Assembly: GCA_038243585.1 (NCBI GenBank)
Contig: JBBSQY010000041.1
Coordinates: 1 to 29,299 of the forward strand
Direction: 5' to 3'
Length of the DNA stretch: 29,299 nt
DNA from: Candidatus Sumerlaeales bacterium
GTDB lineage: Bacteria; Sumerlaeota; Sumerlaeia; Sumerlaeales; Sumerlaeaceae
Positions 1 through 9,577 of the stretch are shown one piece after another. The notes beneath the pieces are model-generated. The model had not been told where the DNA came from. It saw only the letters and a list, made by a program, of their open reading frames with translations, and did not search any database. Position 1 is the first letter of the stretch. Each line of letters opens with the position of its first letter. The translations under genes and the position numbers were made by a program.

Positions 1-1400
1 AGCATTGTCATGGCGTTTTCCAGCTCTTCCTGGGCGTCCAGCTTCAGTTCGCAAAACTTTCGGACTTCCCGGTTCCCCAGGTGGGCGTTGCAGTGGATGC
101 CGGGCAGGTCGTGGTAACGTTCGTTCTGGCGCTGCCTTGCGGCGATGACCCTCGCGCGGACGGTGGCGCTGGTTTCCGCCGGGGCGCCCTGCCGCGACAG
201 CTCCCGCACCGGCACCGCCGGCACGTCCACATGCAGATCGATGCGGTCGAGCAGCGGCCCGCTCAGGCGGTTGCGATACTTCTGCACCGCCTGCGGCGGA
301 CACTGGCAGGCGCGGGCCGGATCGGTCAGGTAACCGCAGGGGCACGGGTTGCTGCTTCCGCACAGGATAAACCTGGCCGGAAAAGTCAGACTCATCGCCG
401 CCCGGCTGATATTAACCGACCCGTCTTCCAGCGGCTGGCGCAGCACTTCCAGCACCGGGCGACCAAACTCCGGCATCTCATCCAGGAACAGCACGCCGTT
501 GTGGGCCAGGCTGACTTCGCCAGGCCTCGGAATGCTGCCCCCGCCCACCAGCGCGATATTAGAAATCGTATGATGAGGCGACCGAAACGGCCGCGTGGAG
601 ACCAGCGACTCCTTCGCGGATATGAGGCCGGCGATAGAATGGATCTTCGTCGCCTCGATGCTCTCCTCCAGCGTCATGTCCGGCAGGATAGTAGGCAGTC
701 GCTTCGCCAGCATGGTTTTGCCGCTGCCAGGCGGTCCGATCAGCAGCAAATTATGCCCACCAGCCGCCGCGATTTCCATAGCCCGCTTAGCCCCCGCCTG
801 GCCGCGCACCTCGGAAAAATCCACCGCATAAGAGTTTCCCCGCTGGAACGCCGTCTCCAGATCAACCTTGTGGGGCGTGATCATGTCTTCCCCGTTAAGG
901 TAGCCCACCGCCTGGCGCAGGCTGGCGACCGGGATGATGTTGATGCCTTCAACCACCGCGGCCTCGGCGGCGTTTTCCATGGGAACAAGGAACTCTTCAT
1001 AGCCGTCGTCCCGGGCGGCCAGCGCCATGCTCAGGGTTCCGGCGACAGGCCGCACCTTGCCATCCAGGCCCAGTTCCCCCGTGATGGCGCGCTTGCGCAG
1101 TTGCGACGCGTCGATCTTCGTCAGAGCCCCCAGCAGCCCGATGGCCATGGGCAGGTCCAGCCCGCTGCCCTCCTTGCGAAGATCAGCCGGGGCCAGGTTC
1201 ACAGTCACGTGGCCCTGGGGGCGAAAATACCCGCTAACGGTCAGCGCAGCGCGGATACGTTCCTTGCTGTCCTTCACGGCGGCGTCCGGCAGGCCCACAG
1301 TGTTAAAAGACGACATCTGCCCCTGGACAAAATGGACCTCTACATCAACGCAATAAGCATCGACGCCCAGCACCACATATGTAAAAACCTTTGCGATCAT
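1..1400 (-). CDS. comM: YifB/ComM family Mg-chelatase-like AAA+ ATPase (3' end runs off the window)
   Basis: Hand translation from ATG at 1400: MIAKVFTYVVLGVDAYCVDVEV..TVGLPDAAVKDSKERIRAAL..VTVNLAPADLRKEGSGLDLPMA..GELGLDG..AAAGGHNLLLIGPPGSGKTMLAKRL..RPFRSPHHT..PGEVSLAHNGVLFLDEMPEF..NPCPCG..SGPLLDRIDL. All are hallmark ComM/YifB motifs. No stop before position 1, which is presumably why the ORF track lacks it. Confidence 0.95.
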   Translation of the reverse strand, partial: MIAKVFTYVVLGVDAYCVDVEVHFVQGQMSSFNTVGLPDAAVKDSKERIRAALTVSGYFRPQGHVTVNLAPADLRKEGSGLDLPMAIGLLGALTKIDASQLRKRAITGELGLDGKVRPVAGTLSMALAARDDGYEEFLVPMENAAEAAVVEGINIIPVASLRQAVGYLNGEDMITPHKVDLETAFQRGNSYAVDFSEVRGQAGAKRAMEIAAAGGHNLLLIGPPGSGKTMLAKRLPTILPDMTLEESIEATKIHSIAGLISAKESLVSTRPFRSPHHTISNIALVGGGSIPRPGEVSLAHNGVLFLDEMPEFGRPVLEVLRQPLEDGSVNISRAAMSLTFPARFILCGSSNPCPCGYLTDPARACQCPPQAVQKYRNRLSGPLLDRIDLHVDVPAVPVRELSRQGAPAETSATVRARVIAARQRQNERYHDLPGIHCNAHLGNREVRKFCELKLDAQEELENAMTM

Positions 1401-1505
1401 TGCGGCAACCTTCCCGACGCGACGGAAGAATTTGCAATGACATTTTTAAGGCACGGGGAAATTAGGAGTCGGGAGGGGCGTGACTGCTCAGAAACACGCA
1501 ATCGA

Positions 1506-1925
1506 TTAGAGCTTAAAGTAATCCGGCAGCAGTTCTGCAGCCGTCGTAATGCGACAGGTTTCCGCCGCCCCCTGCTCCGCGGCGATAATCACGCGCATCT
1601 CCGGGTTGAACTCCACCAGCACTTGGCGGCAAGCCCCACATGGCGAGCCACCGTCGGCGGTTACGACAGCAATCGCAGTAGGCCGCCCACACCCCGCCGC
1701 GATGGCCGCACCCAGGGCCACCCGCTCCGCACACATACAAAGGCCATAGCTGGCGTTCTCCATATTGCAGCCGCCATAAACGACACCATCCTCGCCCAAC
1801 ACGGCCGCGCCGACCAGGTATTTGCTATAAGGCGCATAAGCCCGAAGGCGAACAGCCCCGGCGGCTTCAATGAGACGCAGGTCCTCAATATCAAACTTTT
1901 CGTTCCGATTAACATGGTTACTCAT
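1506..1925 (-). CDS. cdd: Cytidine deaminase (homotetrameric type)
   Basis: 139 aa with AYAPYS, NMENASYGLCMCAERVA and PCGACRQ zinc-binding motifs. Confidence 0.95.
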   Translation of the reverse strand: MSNHVNRNEKFDIEDLRLIEAAGAVRLRAYAPYSKYLVGAAVLGEDGVVYGGCNMENASYGLCMCAERVALGAAIAAGCGRPTAIAVVTADGGSPCGACRQVLVEFNPEMRVIIAAEQGAAETCRITTAAELLPDYFKL

Positions 1926-1983
1926 AGTGGAAAACTTTCAGGTTTATATCGAACAGTTAAAATGTTATTATCCTGACAAAAAT

Positions 1984-1998
1984 TGGCACAGCATTTGC
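1984..1998 (+). promoter_or_regulatory. Putative sigma-54 (-24/-12) promoter for the 2055..2618 gene
   Basis: TGGCAC-AGCAT-TTGC has GG-N10-GC spacing and matches the TGGCAC-N5-TTGC consensus. It lies about 57 nt upstream of the ATG in an AT-rich intergenic region. Confidence 0.6.
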
Positions 1999-2054
1999 CA
2001 ATGATTATCAAGCAAAGGCAACATTGCCGAACACCATTTTGAAGGGAAACTATT

Positions 2055-2618
2055 ATGTTAGACGATAAAGACATCCGCGACAGAGATTTAAACAACAACC
2101 GTGATCTGAATGAAAACCGTGAAGAAGTTGATCTGAACAAAGATCCACTGAGCGGCGCTCATGGATCCCATCCCGTTGGTACGGGCGTGGGCGGAGTCGG
2201 CGGAGCAGCAGCCGGCGCAGCCATTGGTGCCGTGGCTGGTCCTCTGGGCTCATTGGTTGGCGGCGCTATCGGCGCTGTTGCCGGTGGTCTGGTCGGCAAA
2301 GGCGTAGCCGAGGGCATCGACCCGACAGTTGAAGAGGGCTACTGGCGTGACAATTACTCCACGCGTCCTTATGTTGGATCATCCAATGATTACAGCTACG
2401 AAGACGACTACCTGCCTGCTTACAAATATGGCTGGGAAAACCGCTCGAAATACCAGGATCGCAGCTTTGACGACGCCGACTCAGAACTGGGAACCGGCTG
2501 GGACCGCAACAAAGGCAACAGCCGTCTCGGCTGGGACGAAGCCAAGCATGCGACCAAAGATGCATGGCATCGTGTAGAGAGAGCAATTCCAGGCGACGCC
2601 GACAACGACGGACGCTAA
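2055..2618 (+). CDS. Small glycine-zipper-containing hypothetical protein
   Basis: 187 aa: acidic Asn/Asp-rich N-terminus, GxxxG zipper (GTGVGGVGGAAAGAAIGAVAGPLGSLVGGAIGAVAGG), then an aromatic/acidic C-terminus (YWRDNYSTRPY, YLPAYKYGWE, LGWDEAKHATKDAWHR). Purine-rich RBS GAAGGGA upstream and clean codon usage. Confidence 0.85.
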   Translation: MLDDKDIRDRDLNNNRDLNENREEVDLNKDPLSGAHGSHPVGTGVGGVGGAAAGAAIGAVAGPLGSLVGGAIGAVAGGLVGKGVAEGIDPTVEEGYWRDNYSTRPYVGSSNDYSYEDDYLPAYKYGWENRSKYQDRSFDDADSELGTGWDRNKGNSRLGWDEAKHATKDAWHRVERAIPGDADNDGR

Positions 2619-2671
2619 CTTCTCAGATCGGCGCGCTGGCCCAGGCGCTGAGTGAGTGGTGTTACTATAAA

Positions 2672-2699
2672 GGCTCCGGTGACCAAAGTCACCGGAGCC
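2672..2699 (+). terminator. GC-rich hairpin, probable terminator after the glycine-zipper gene
   Basis: Perfect 12-bp inverted repeat GGCTCCGGTGAC-CAAA-GTCACCGGAGCC; only a weak T-tract follows (CTCTATT). Confidence 0.55.
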
Positions 2700-2707
2700 C
2701 TCTATTG

Positions 2708-2776
2708 ATGAAGTAGCATAGGCGTCCCGCCTGTGTAAATCAGGTAGTAACATAGGCGTCCCGCCTATACGACTTC
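2708..2776 (+). repeat. REP family A, two adjacent copies
   Basis: ATGAAGTAGCATAGGCGTCCCGCCTGTGTA (2708-2737) is identical over 30 bp to 17841-17870. A degenerate second copy GTAACATAGGCGTCCCGCCTATACGACTTC lies at 2747-2776. Confidence 0.85.
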
Positions 2777-2845
2777 TACTGTTGACACGTGTAGCCGCCA
2801 CAGCCTCTCCTTAACGCACCCTCGGGTAAGGAGATTCGGCTGCTT

Positions 2846-5059
2846 ATGCGTTGCTTAAAAATCGTGGTGCTAAAGGTTTTAACGGTCGTGGTGCTTCCGG
2901 CAATCGGGGGCGCCGCCGCTGAGAATGCCGCTTCAACCGACCCCCCTGCTCGTCCAAATATTGTCATCATCATGTCCGACGACATGGGCTTTTCAGATAT
3001 TGGCACCTACGGCGGCGAAATCCAGACGCCAGCCCTCGATAGCTTGGCCGCCGGCGGCAAAAAGTTTACCCAATTTTACAATACCGCCCGCTGCTGCCCG
3101 TCCCGCGCCAGTCTGCTGACGGGCCTTTATCCGCACCAGGCCGGCATCGGCCACCTGATCTACCAAACGCCTCATCTCGGATACGGCGACCACCTGACCA
3201 GCGACAGCGTTACCCTGGCCGAGGTGTTGCGCGGCGCGGGATATTCCACCTATATGGCGGGCAAATGGCACATGGCCCCGCGGACCTACGATCCCAAAAA
3301 GGACGCAGAACACTGGCCCATCCGCCGGGGCTTCGATAAGTTCTACGGCACCATCGCCGGCAGCGGAAACTTCTATGATCCGATGACCCTCTGCCGCGGC
3401 GAAACTCTCATCACCCCGGAAAACGATCCGGAGTATAAGCCGAAGAACTACTATTACACAGACGCTCTGTCAGACAACGCCATCACCTTCTTGAACGACC
3501 ACCATGCACAATCCAAAGAGAAACCCTTCTTCCTTTATCTAGCCTACACGGCGGCTCACTGGCCGATACAGGCGCCAGACGACGCCATCGCTCCCTATCG
3601 GGGGAAATACGACAGCGGATATGCCGCGCCCCACGCCGCGCGCCTCGCCCGGCTGAAAGAAATGGGCCTAATCCCCGAGGTGGGAGAAACGGCAGCCCCA
3701 GTGGGCGAGTGGGACAAGGTGAAAAACAAGCAGGTGGAATCCGCGCTCATGGAAACTTATGCGGCGATGGTGACGCGAATGGACAAGGGCATAGGCAAAC
3801 TCGTAGAGCAGCTTCGCGCGTCGGGTCAATTGGACAACACGCTGATCTTTTATCTGCAGGATAATGGCGGCTGCGCTGAAGACGGATTCAGCGACATTAC
3901 GAAGTATGCAAAATCTCTTAAGCCCATGAACCCCGATGAACTTCAAACCCGGGCCCAGCCGCCCATGCAGACGCGGGATGGCCGACCTGTTCTCACAGGC
4001 GCCAACGTGATGCCCGGCCCGGCGGATACTTATCGCGCGTACAAGGAAAACTGGGCGAACGTGTCCAATAGTCCGTTTCGCAGCTACAAGCATTTCGTCC
4101 ACGAAGGAGGCATCAGCACTCCGCTGATAGCCCACTGGCCGGAGCGGATTCATCCCACGTCGGCCACCCAGGTTGTGCGCACACCGGCACATCTGATCGA
4201 TATTATGGCAACCTGTCTGGACGTAACCGGCGCAGCTTATCCGACCGAACGTAACGGCATAAAAGTGCAGCCTATGGAAGGCGTGTCTCTCGCGCCAACC
4301 CTTACAGATGTCGGGCCAATTGAGCGCGACAAACCCATCTTTTTTGAACACGAGGGCAATCGCGCCGTTCGCGATGGGCAGTGGAAGATTGTGGCCGTAT
4401 CAGAAAAAGGCGCGTGGGAACTTTATGATATGAGCATTGACCGGGGCGAGATGACTGATCTTGCAAAGCAGCAGCCGGACCGGGTGAAGTCGATGGCCGC
4501 TCAGTGGGATGCATGGGCTGCGCGTTCGCGCGTGCTGCCCCTTGGTGGCTGGCGAGACCGCCGGGATGAAAAGAAAGAAGCACCGGAAGGAACTGCAAAG
4601 CGTGTGGTGCTGAAGCAGGGGGATGCGCTGCCTAGGGAAAAGAGCCTGGCACTGCAAGGTAAGGGAGTGAGCATTACTGCGGAAATTTTAAGCGGGCCTG
4701 TAGAAGGTGTTATAGTGGCGCAGGGGGCAAGCCAGGATGGCTTTTCATTGTACGTAAAAGACGGGATCCTTTATCTGGTAACAACCGCAGGCTTTAGTAA
4801 AGTCGTGGATAGAATGCCTCAAGCGACCTTGCCGGAAATGTCATTCACCATCAATTATACACTAACAGCTAAAGGTGATGCCCAGCTTAAAATGGGGAAT
4901 CAACGGACGGATTTCTCAAGCGCCTTTCGCGGATTTAGACAAACCCCGGCACAGGGCATCAGCGCCGGTTTCGATTCGGAAACCCCTGTTGGCAAATATC
5001 CTCGCGAGTTCCCCTTCCGGGGCAAACTTGGAACAGTCACAGTAGAGACGATTGATTAA
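2846..5059 (+). CDS. Arylsulfatase (Cys/formylglycine-dependent, family S1), secreted, with C-terminal concanavalin/LamG-like beta domain
   Basis: Signal-peptide-like N-terminus; PNIVIIMSDDMG; CCPSRASLLTG (CxPxR); GYSTYMAGKWH; AAHWP; QDNGG; EGGISTP; WELYD. The C-terminal ~150 aa (GVIVAQGA..GFSLYVKDG..FPFRGKL) resemble a beta-sandwich. Confidence 0.93.
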   Translation: MRCLKIVVLKVLTVVVLPAIGGAAAENAASTDPPARPNIVIIMSDDMGFSDIGTYGGEIQTPALDSLAAGGKKFTQFYNTARCCPSRASLLTGLYPHQAGIGHLIYQTPHLGYGDHLTSDSVTLAEVLRGAGYSTYMAGKWHMAPRTYDPKKDAEHWPIRRGFDKFYGTIAGSGNFYDPMTLCRGETLITPENDPEYKPKNYYYTDALSDNAITFLNDHHAQSKEKPFFLYLAYTAAHWPIQAPDDAIAPYRGKYDSGYAAPHAARLARLKEMGLIPEVGETAAPVGEWDKVKNKQVESALMETYAAMVTRMDKGIGKLVEQLRASGQLDNTLIFYLQDNGGCAEDGFSDITKYAKSLKPMNPDELQTRAQPPMQTRDGRPVLTGANVMPGPADTYRAYKENWANVSNSPFRSYKHFVHEGGISTPLIAHWPERIHPTSATQVVRTPAHLIDIMATCLDVTGAAYPTERNGIKVQPMEGVSLAPTLTDVGPIERDKPIFFEHEGNRAVRDGQWKIVAVSEKGAWELYDMSIDRGEMTDLAKQQPDRVKSMAAQWDAWAARSRVLPLGGWRDRRDEKKEAPEGTAKRVVLKQGDALPREKSLALQGKGVSITAEILSGPVEGVIVAQGASQDGFSLYVKDGILYLVTTAGFSKVVDRMPQATLPEMSFTINYTLTAKGDAQLKMGNQRTDFSSAFRGFRQTPAQGISAGFDSETPVGKYPREFPFRGKLGTVTVETID

Positions 5060-5071
5060 TGAATCGCTACC

Positions 5072-5096
5072 GTAAGATAGACATTCCTGCCTGTAC
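5072..5096 (+). repeat. Degenerate REP-like palindrome
   Basis: GTAAGATAGACATTCCTGCCTGTAC has a GTAG-like head plus an imperfect stem, just after the sulfatase-1 stop. Only one copy seen. Confidence 0.3.
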
Positions 5097-5202
5097 CAGA
5101 AACCGATTTTGAAAACGAAGATATCTATAATAATCTAAAGACTTTACCAGAAAGGCCGGTGGGATCGACAAAAATACTATCCCCCTGATCAGGATCCATG
5201 AC

Positions 5203-7368
5203 ATGAAAAAAACCATTTTACTTAACATTGCGCTGGCAGCGCTATTTCCATCTGCTGCTGTGGCAGAACCAGTCCGCCCCAACATTCTTGTCATCCTTGC
5301 GGATGACCTTGGCTGGTCCGATATCGGTGCGTTTGGCGGAGAGATTCGCACTCCACATTTGGATTCCCTGGCCGCCGGCGGCACAAAATTTACCCAGTTC
5401 TACAACACGGCCCGCTGCTGCCCTTCCCGCGCCAGTTTGTTAACGGGCCTATACCCGCACCAGGCGGGAATCGGTCATATGTTATGGCCCACTGGCTACC
5501 CCGGGTATTCCACTCGGTTGACAAGCGATTCCGTTACCATTGCGGAGGTGCTGCACGACTCCGGCTACGGCACGTATATGACCGGCAAGTGGCACATGGC
5601 GGAGCGAGAACCTGATCCAGCCGATCCAACTGGCTGGCCGCTTCAGCGCGGCTTCGATAAGTTCTACGGCACCCTGGCCGGTTATGGCAGTTTCTATGAT
5701 CCTGCGACCCTTTGCCGGGGCAACACCTATATTACGCCGGAAAATGATCCGGAATACAAGACGGATAATTTCTACTATACGGATGCCATAAGCGACAACG
5801 CCGTCGGCTTCATTAAAGAACACAAGGAAGGCGACGCGGATAAGCCATTTTTTATGTACGTGGCATATACGGCGGCCCACTGGCCTCTCCATGTTCCGGA
5901 AGACTCGCTGGCAGAATATCGCGGCAAGTATGACGTGGGATACGATGCCATCCGCGACAAACGAATAGAGCGCCTGCGAGAACTCGGCCTTATTTCCAAC
6001 GTGGGTGCTGTCGCCCCCACCACTGGCGACTGGAACGCCGTGGAAGATAAAGCCTGGGAAGCTCGACGCATGGAAGCCTACGCAGCAATGATCACTCGCA
6101 TGGACGCTGGGATTGGCAAGATTATCGACCACCTGAAAGAAACCGGACAGCTCGAGAACACTCTGGTGCTTTATATCCAGGATAACGGTGGATGTGATGA
6201 GGAGTTTTTTCACAACAATCATAAAAAACCTGACAACGTTCACGTCATGGGGCCGAACGAACTCCAGACCCGGACCCTGCCTCCGATGCAGACCCGCGAC
6301 GGTCGCGTAGTTAAAACCGGTGCAGGCGTAATGGCCGGGCCCGACGACAGCTTTTTGGGGTATGGTCCTGCATGGGCAAACGTGTCAAATACACCGTTGC
6401 GCCTGGTGAAAAAGAACGCCCACGAGGGCGGCATCAGCACGCCGCTCATTGTCCACCTGCCCGCCAGTATGAAAAGCGCCGGAAGTAAAGTCGTGTCAAC
6501 CGCAGGGCACTTGATCGACATTATGCCGACCATTCTTGAAGTGAGCAAGGCTCAGTATCCCACAGAGCGCGACGGAATAAAAATCCTTCCGATGGAAGGG
6601 AAATCCCTTGTTCCGCTTCTGACCGGAGCTGGCCTCTTCACCCGCAACGAGCCCCTCTTCTGGGAGCATGAAGAAAACAGAGCAGTCCGTTGGGGGAAGT
6701 GGAAGCTCGTGGCGGAAGCAAACAAACCCTGGGAGTTGTACGACATGGAAGCGGATCGGGCCGAAATGAACAATGTCGCGATCAGCAATTATGGCGGCGT
6801 ATCAAAAATGATATCTGAGTGGCAAAACTACGCGGAGCGCGCGAAAGTCCAGCCGCTGGGGGCTCATCGATTGCGCACGCGCACCCCCGATCCTGAAAAC
6901 GCGCCGCGCCGGCTTGAATTGGAAACGGGCGATGTGTATGCGAGGGAATACGCGCCGGCCCTTTCCGACGCCGGAGTCAGCATCACCGCTCATATTTCAA
7001 AGCTCGCGCCCCAAGGTGTGATCGTGGCCCAGGGCGCAGAAGCCCATGGATACGCACTCTACCTAAAGGACGGATATGCGCATTTTGTGGTTCGTCGTGA
7101 GCGTGAGCTCCTGGATGTGACGTCAGGGCATATCGCCGCAGAAGGACCGGTAACGATTTCAGCACGACTGGAGCGCAACGGAACAGCGACGATTAAAGTC
7201 AATGACTCAGCTGAGAAAACCAAACAGTTTTATGGACCACTGCTTGAAACCCCGACTGAAGCCCTTACTGTAGGATGGGATCAGGGCGGACCTGTCGGAG
7301 ATTATCCACAGAGCTTTTCGTTTCAGGGTATGATAAGCAAAGTGGAGTTGGAAACGTTACACAAGTAA
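5203..7368 (+). CDS. Arylsulfatase paralogue (family S1), secreted, with C-terminal concanavalin/LamG-like domain
   Basis: Signal peptide MKKTILLNIALAALFPSAAVA; PNILVILADDLG; FTQFYNTARCCPSRASLLTGLYPHQAGIGH is identical to the upstream paralogue; same domain layout. Confidence 0.93.
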   Translation: MKKTILLNIALAALFPSAAVAEPVRPNILVILADDLGWSDIGAFGGEIRTPHLDSLAAGGTKFTQFYNTARCCPSRASLLTGLYPHQAGIGHMLWPTGYPGYSTRLTSDSVTIAEVLHDSGYGTYMTGKWHMAEREPDPADPTGWPLQRGFDKFYGTLAGYGSFYDPATLCRGNTYITPENDPEYKTDNFYYTDAISDNAVGFIKEHKEGDADKPFFMYVAYTAAHWPLHVPEDSLAEYRGKYDVGYDAIRDKRIERLRELGLISNVGAVAPTTGDWNAVEDKAWEARRMEAYAAMITRMDAGIGKIIDHLKETGQLENTLVLYIQDNGGCDEEFFHNNHKKPDNVHVMGPNELQTRTLPPMQTRDGRVVKTGAGVMAGPDDSFLGYGPAWANVSNTPLRLVKKNAHEGGISTPLIVHLPASMKSAGSKVVSTAGHLIDIMPTILEVSKAQYPTERDGIKILPMEGKSLVPLLTGAGLFTRNEPLFWEHEENRAVRWGKWKLVAEANKPWELYDMEADRAEMNNVAISNYGGVSKMISEWQNYAERAKVQPLGAHRLRTRTPDPENAPRRLELETGDVYAREYAPALSDAGVSITAHISKLAPQGVIVAQGAEAHGYALYLKDGYAHFVVRRERELLDVTSGHIAAEGPVTISARLERNGTATIKVNDSAEKTKQFYGPLLETPTEALTVGWDQGGPVGDYPQSFSFQGMISKVELETLHK

Positions 7369-7536
7369 TCCGTACCAAAGACAGGAATCACAGCCTGGTT
7401 CGCCCGTTATATGAAAGTTAACCCTGTGGATTGGGAACTTTTGACGCACCCCGGTTTCATAGTCCATGTGTTATCCTATGGTATTCAAGTTGAGTTTTGT
7501 GGTAACCTCAAGTAAATCAATAAAGGTAGTTAAGTA

Positions 7537-9537
7537 TTGAAGATTAATCGCGTGCGCGGGCTCGCGTCCCTGACCGCCATAATGGCTGGGAGTCTCTCTT
7601 TTTGTGTTTCTACGATGGCCTTTGCTTCTGGGCCGGGGTGGTATGATAACTTTGAGCAGGCCGTACAAGCCGCTCGGCAACAGGGTCGACCCATTTTCGT
7701 CGATTTCAGCACATCCTGGTGTTCCGTCTGCAAGCAAATGGACCGCACCACCCTTAGCGATCCGGCAGTAATCGGCCGCTTGGATAATTTTGTTAAAATT
7801 AAAGTAGACGGCGATGCCCGTCCCGATCTCGTCAGCGCTTATGGCGTCGAGGCTTACCCCACGTTTGTGCATCTGGATAGCAGCGCCCGCATCATGGAAA
7901 AGCGAGAAGGCTTCATGCGCTCGCAAGAGCTCGTAGGCACGCTCGACCGCATCTGGCAGGGCGCAGCAGACAGCATTCGAATTGCGCAGGCAAACCAGAA
8001 GCCCGCGAACGGACAGACACAGGCTGCAAAAAGCCAACCACAGCAAACCGCGTCGGTCCAGCCGCAACAACAGGCCACCGGCGGTGCACAACGGCAGGCT
8101 CAACCGGAAATGCTGCTGTCTGGAGCAGCAGGTGAATCTAAACAGGTCGCATTAAACACCAGCGCAAAGAACAACAACTCCAAAGACGGTAAAAGCGCGC
8201 CAACAGGAAGTCTTTACAATACGGGCGACGCCCAGTTGCAGGGCAGCAGTGTGTACGCTATGGGTTCCGGACCCACCTCTGATCGCAGGAGTCGTTTCGG
8301 CGGTTCCACTCAGGGCGGATCTGGACTGAAGCAATTAGCTGAAGCCACAGCCAATCCAACTTCCAATGACCAAGGTAGCGAGACAGAGCCATCAGCTTCC
8401 ACTAAGAAACCTTTGGATGCGGACAGCGAAGTTCCAAAAGAAGCTGAAATGGCCGACGCTACACCGCCCGCGAAAGCCGAGACAAGAAGACCCGCCGAAA
8501 CAACAAAGCTTGCAGCGGCAGAAACGTTCAAGATTGAGAATGATCGGAAGCAAATTGCAAAGCCACAAATCGTGCTGGCAAGCGCCAACGCTCCGCCGAT
8601 AATTCAATCTCGTCTTGCAGGACTTTCTACCGATCAGCTGCCTAAACCACTTCTTAGCAGAACAGGATCCACCGCTCCGCAAGCTGCAGCCCCGGCAGCC
8701 GCCCCAGCCGCCGCACCGAAAACAGCCGAAGGTGATCCACTGGCCACTATCCGCCGAATGCAGGGCAATGATGTAGGGGCAAAGCCAACCCCCGTATCTA
8801 CCAAACCTGTAAACATCGCCGCCACTAAATCGGTCGAAGACAAAGCACCTCAGGCGGCAGGCGTAGCCACATCAGAAACGCCAGCACCAAGCGACAAGGC
8901 TGAGGGGAAGTCTGAATCAGTAGACAGCAAAACTAAAACATCGAACACCTACAGCGATCAGAAAGAAACGGCTTCTTCGGACAAAAAGGAATCAAAGTCG
9001 GAGTCAACCAAAGCTGCGAAATCAGATTATAACGAAACGGCTAAGACTTCTGCCGGCGCAACCAAAAGCGACATTGAACGCTGGATGAAGGATGCCGACA
9101 GCAAACTCGTTTCAGATCGCAAAAAAGAAGCTAGGGCCATGTATTCCAAGGTGGTCGAAAAGGATCCGAAAAACCAGTTTGGCAAGAGCGATACTGCATA
9201 TGTGAAAATGGTCTCGCTGATCGTGGATCGCGACAGCGATCTTTTGCGCCGCCAGGCTTACAACAAGATCAAAGAATTCGAAGCCAGATTTCCCGACTCC
9301 GAGCACAAGGATTATTATACCCTGATTCGCGCCATCCTCGCGGCGGATCTTGGCGAAACCAATGAAGCCCATAAGTTACTCGGAACCTATGCGGATCGCT
9401 TCCCTGATTCGAAATATTTGAAAGTTGCCCACACCACCTGGAAAGATCTTCCTGCTGTAAAAAAAGAATCCTCTTCTAAAAAATCAAAGAGCTCGGCAGA
9501 CAGTGGCAACAAAAAGTCAAAGAACAGCGACAGCTAG
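7537..9537 (+). CDS. Secreted thioredoxin-domain protein with long low-complexity linker and C-terminal helical (TPR-like) domain
   Basis: TTG start; hydrophobic signal-like segment ending AFA-S; thioredoxin fold (WYDNFEQAVQAARQQGRPIFVDFSTSWCSVCKQM..YGVEAYPT); ~350 aa Q/S/T/A/K/P-rich linker; helical C-terminus with TPR-like RFPDS repeats. Confidence 0.85.
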   Translation: MKINRVRGLASLTAIMAGSLSFCVSTMAFASGPGWYDNFEQAVQAARQQGRPIFVDFSTSWCSVCKQMDRTTLSDPAVIGRLDNFVKIKVDGDARPDLVSAYGVEAYPTFVHLDSSARIMEKREGFMRSQELVGTLDRIWQGAADSIRIAQANQKPANGQTQAAKSQPQQTASVQPQQQATGGAQRQAQPEMLLSGAAGESKQVALNTSAKNNNSKDGKSAPTGSLYNTGDAQLQGSSVYAMGSGPTSDRRSRFGGSTQGGSGLKQLAEATANPTSNDQGSETEPSASTKKPLDADSEVPKEAEMADATPPAKAETRRPAETTKLAAAETFKIENDRKQIAKPQIVLASANAPPIIQSRLAGLSTDQLPKPLLSRTGSTAPQAAAPAAAPAAAPKTAEGDPLATIRRMQGNDVGAKPTPVSTKPVNIAATKSVEDKAPQAAGVATSETPAPSDKAEGKSESVDSKTKTSNTYSDQKETASSDKKESKSESTKAAKSDYNETAKTSAGATKSDIERWMKDADSKLVSDRKKEARAMYSKVVEKDPKNQFGKSDTAYVKMVSLIVDRDSDLLRRQAYNKIKEFEARFPDSEHKDYYTLIRAILAADLGETNEAHKLLGTYADRFPDSKYLKVAHTTWKDLPAVKKESSSKKSKSSADSGNKKSKNSDS

Positions 9538-9577
9538 CTAATTAAAGCATAGCTGAAGCCACAAAGATAAACGACAG

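Noticed and set aside
81..1976. 631-aa plus-strand ORF in the track
   Set aside because: It is the antisense shadow of comM and cdd: Arg/His/Gln-rich with no motifs, while the minus strand encodes clear ComM and Cdd proteins.
2708..2776. Two tandem palindromic repeats suggesting a mini CRISPR array
   Set aside because: Only two units with a spacer of about 10 nt, further copies are dispersed across intergenic sites, and there are no cas genes; REP elements fit better.
5482..6243. 253-aa minus-strand ORF (and the similar 3668..4351)
   Set aside because: Antisense shadows of the sulfatase genes with no recognisable motifs.
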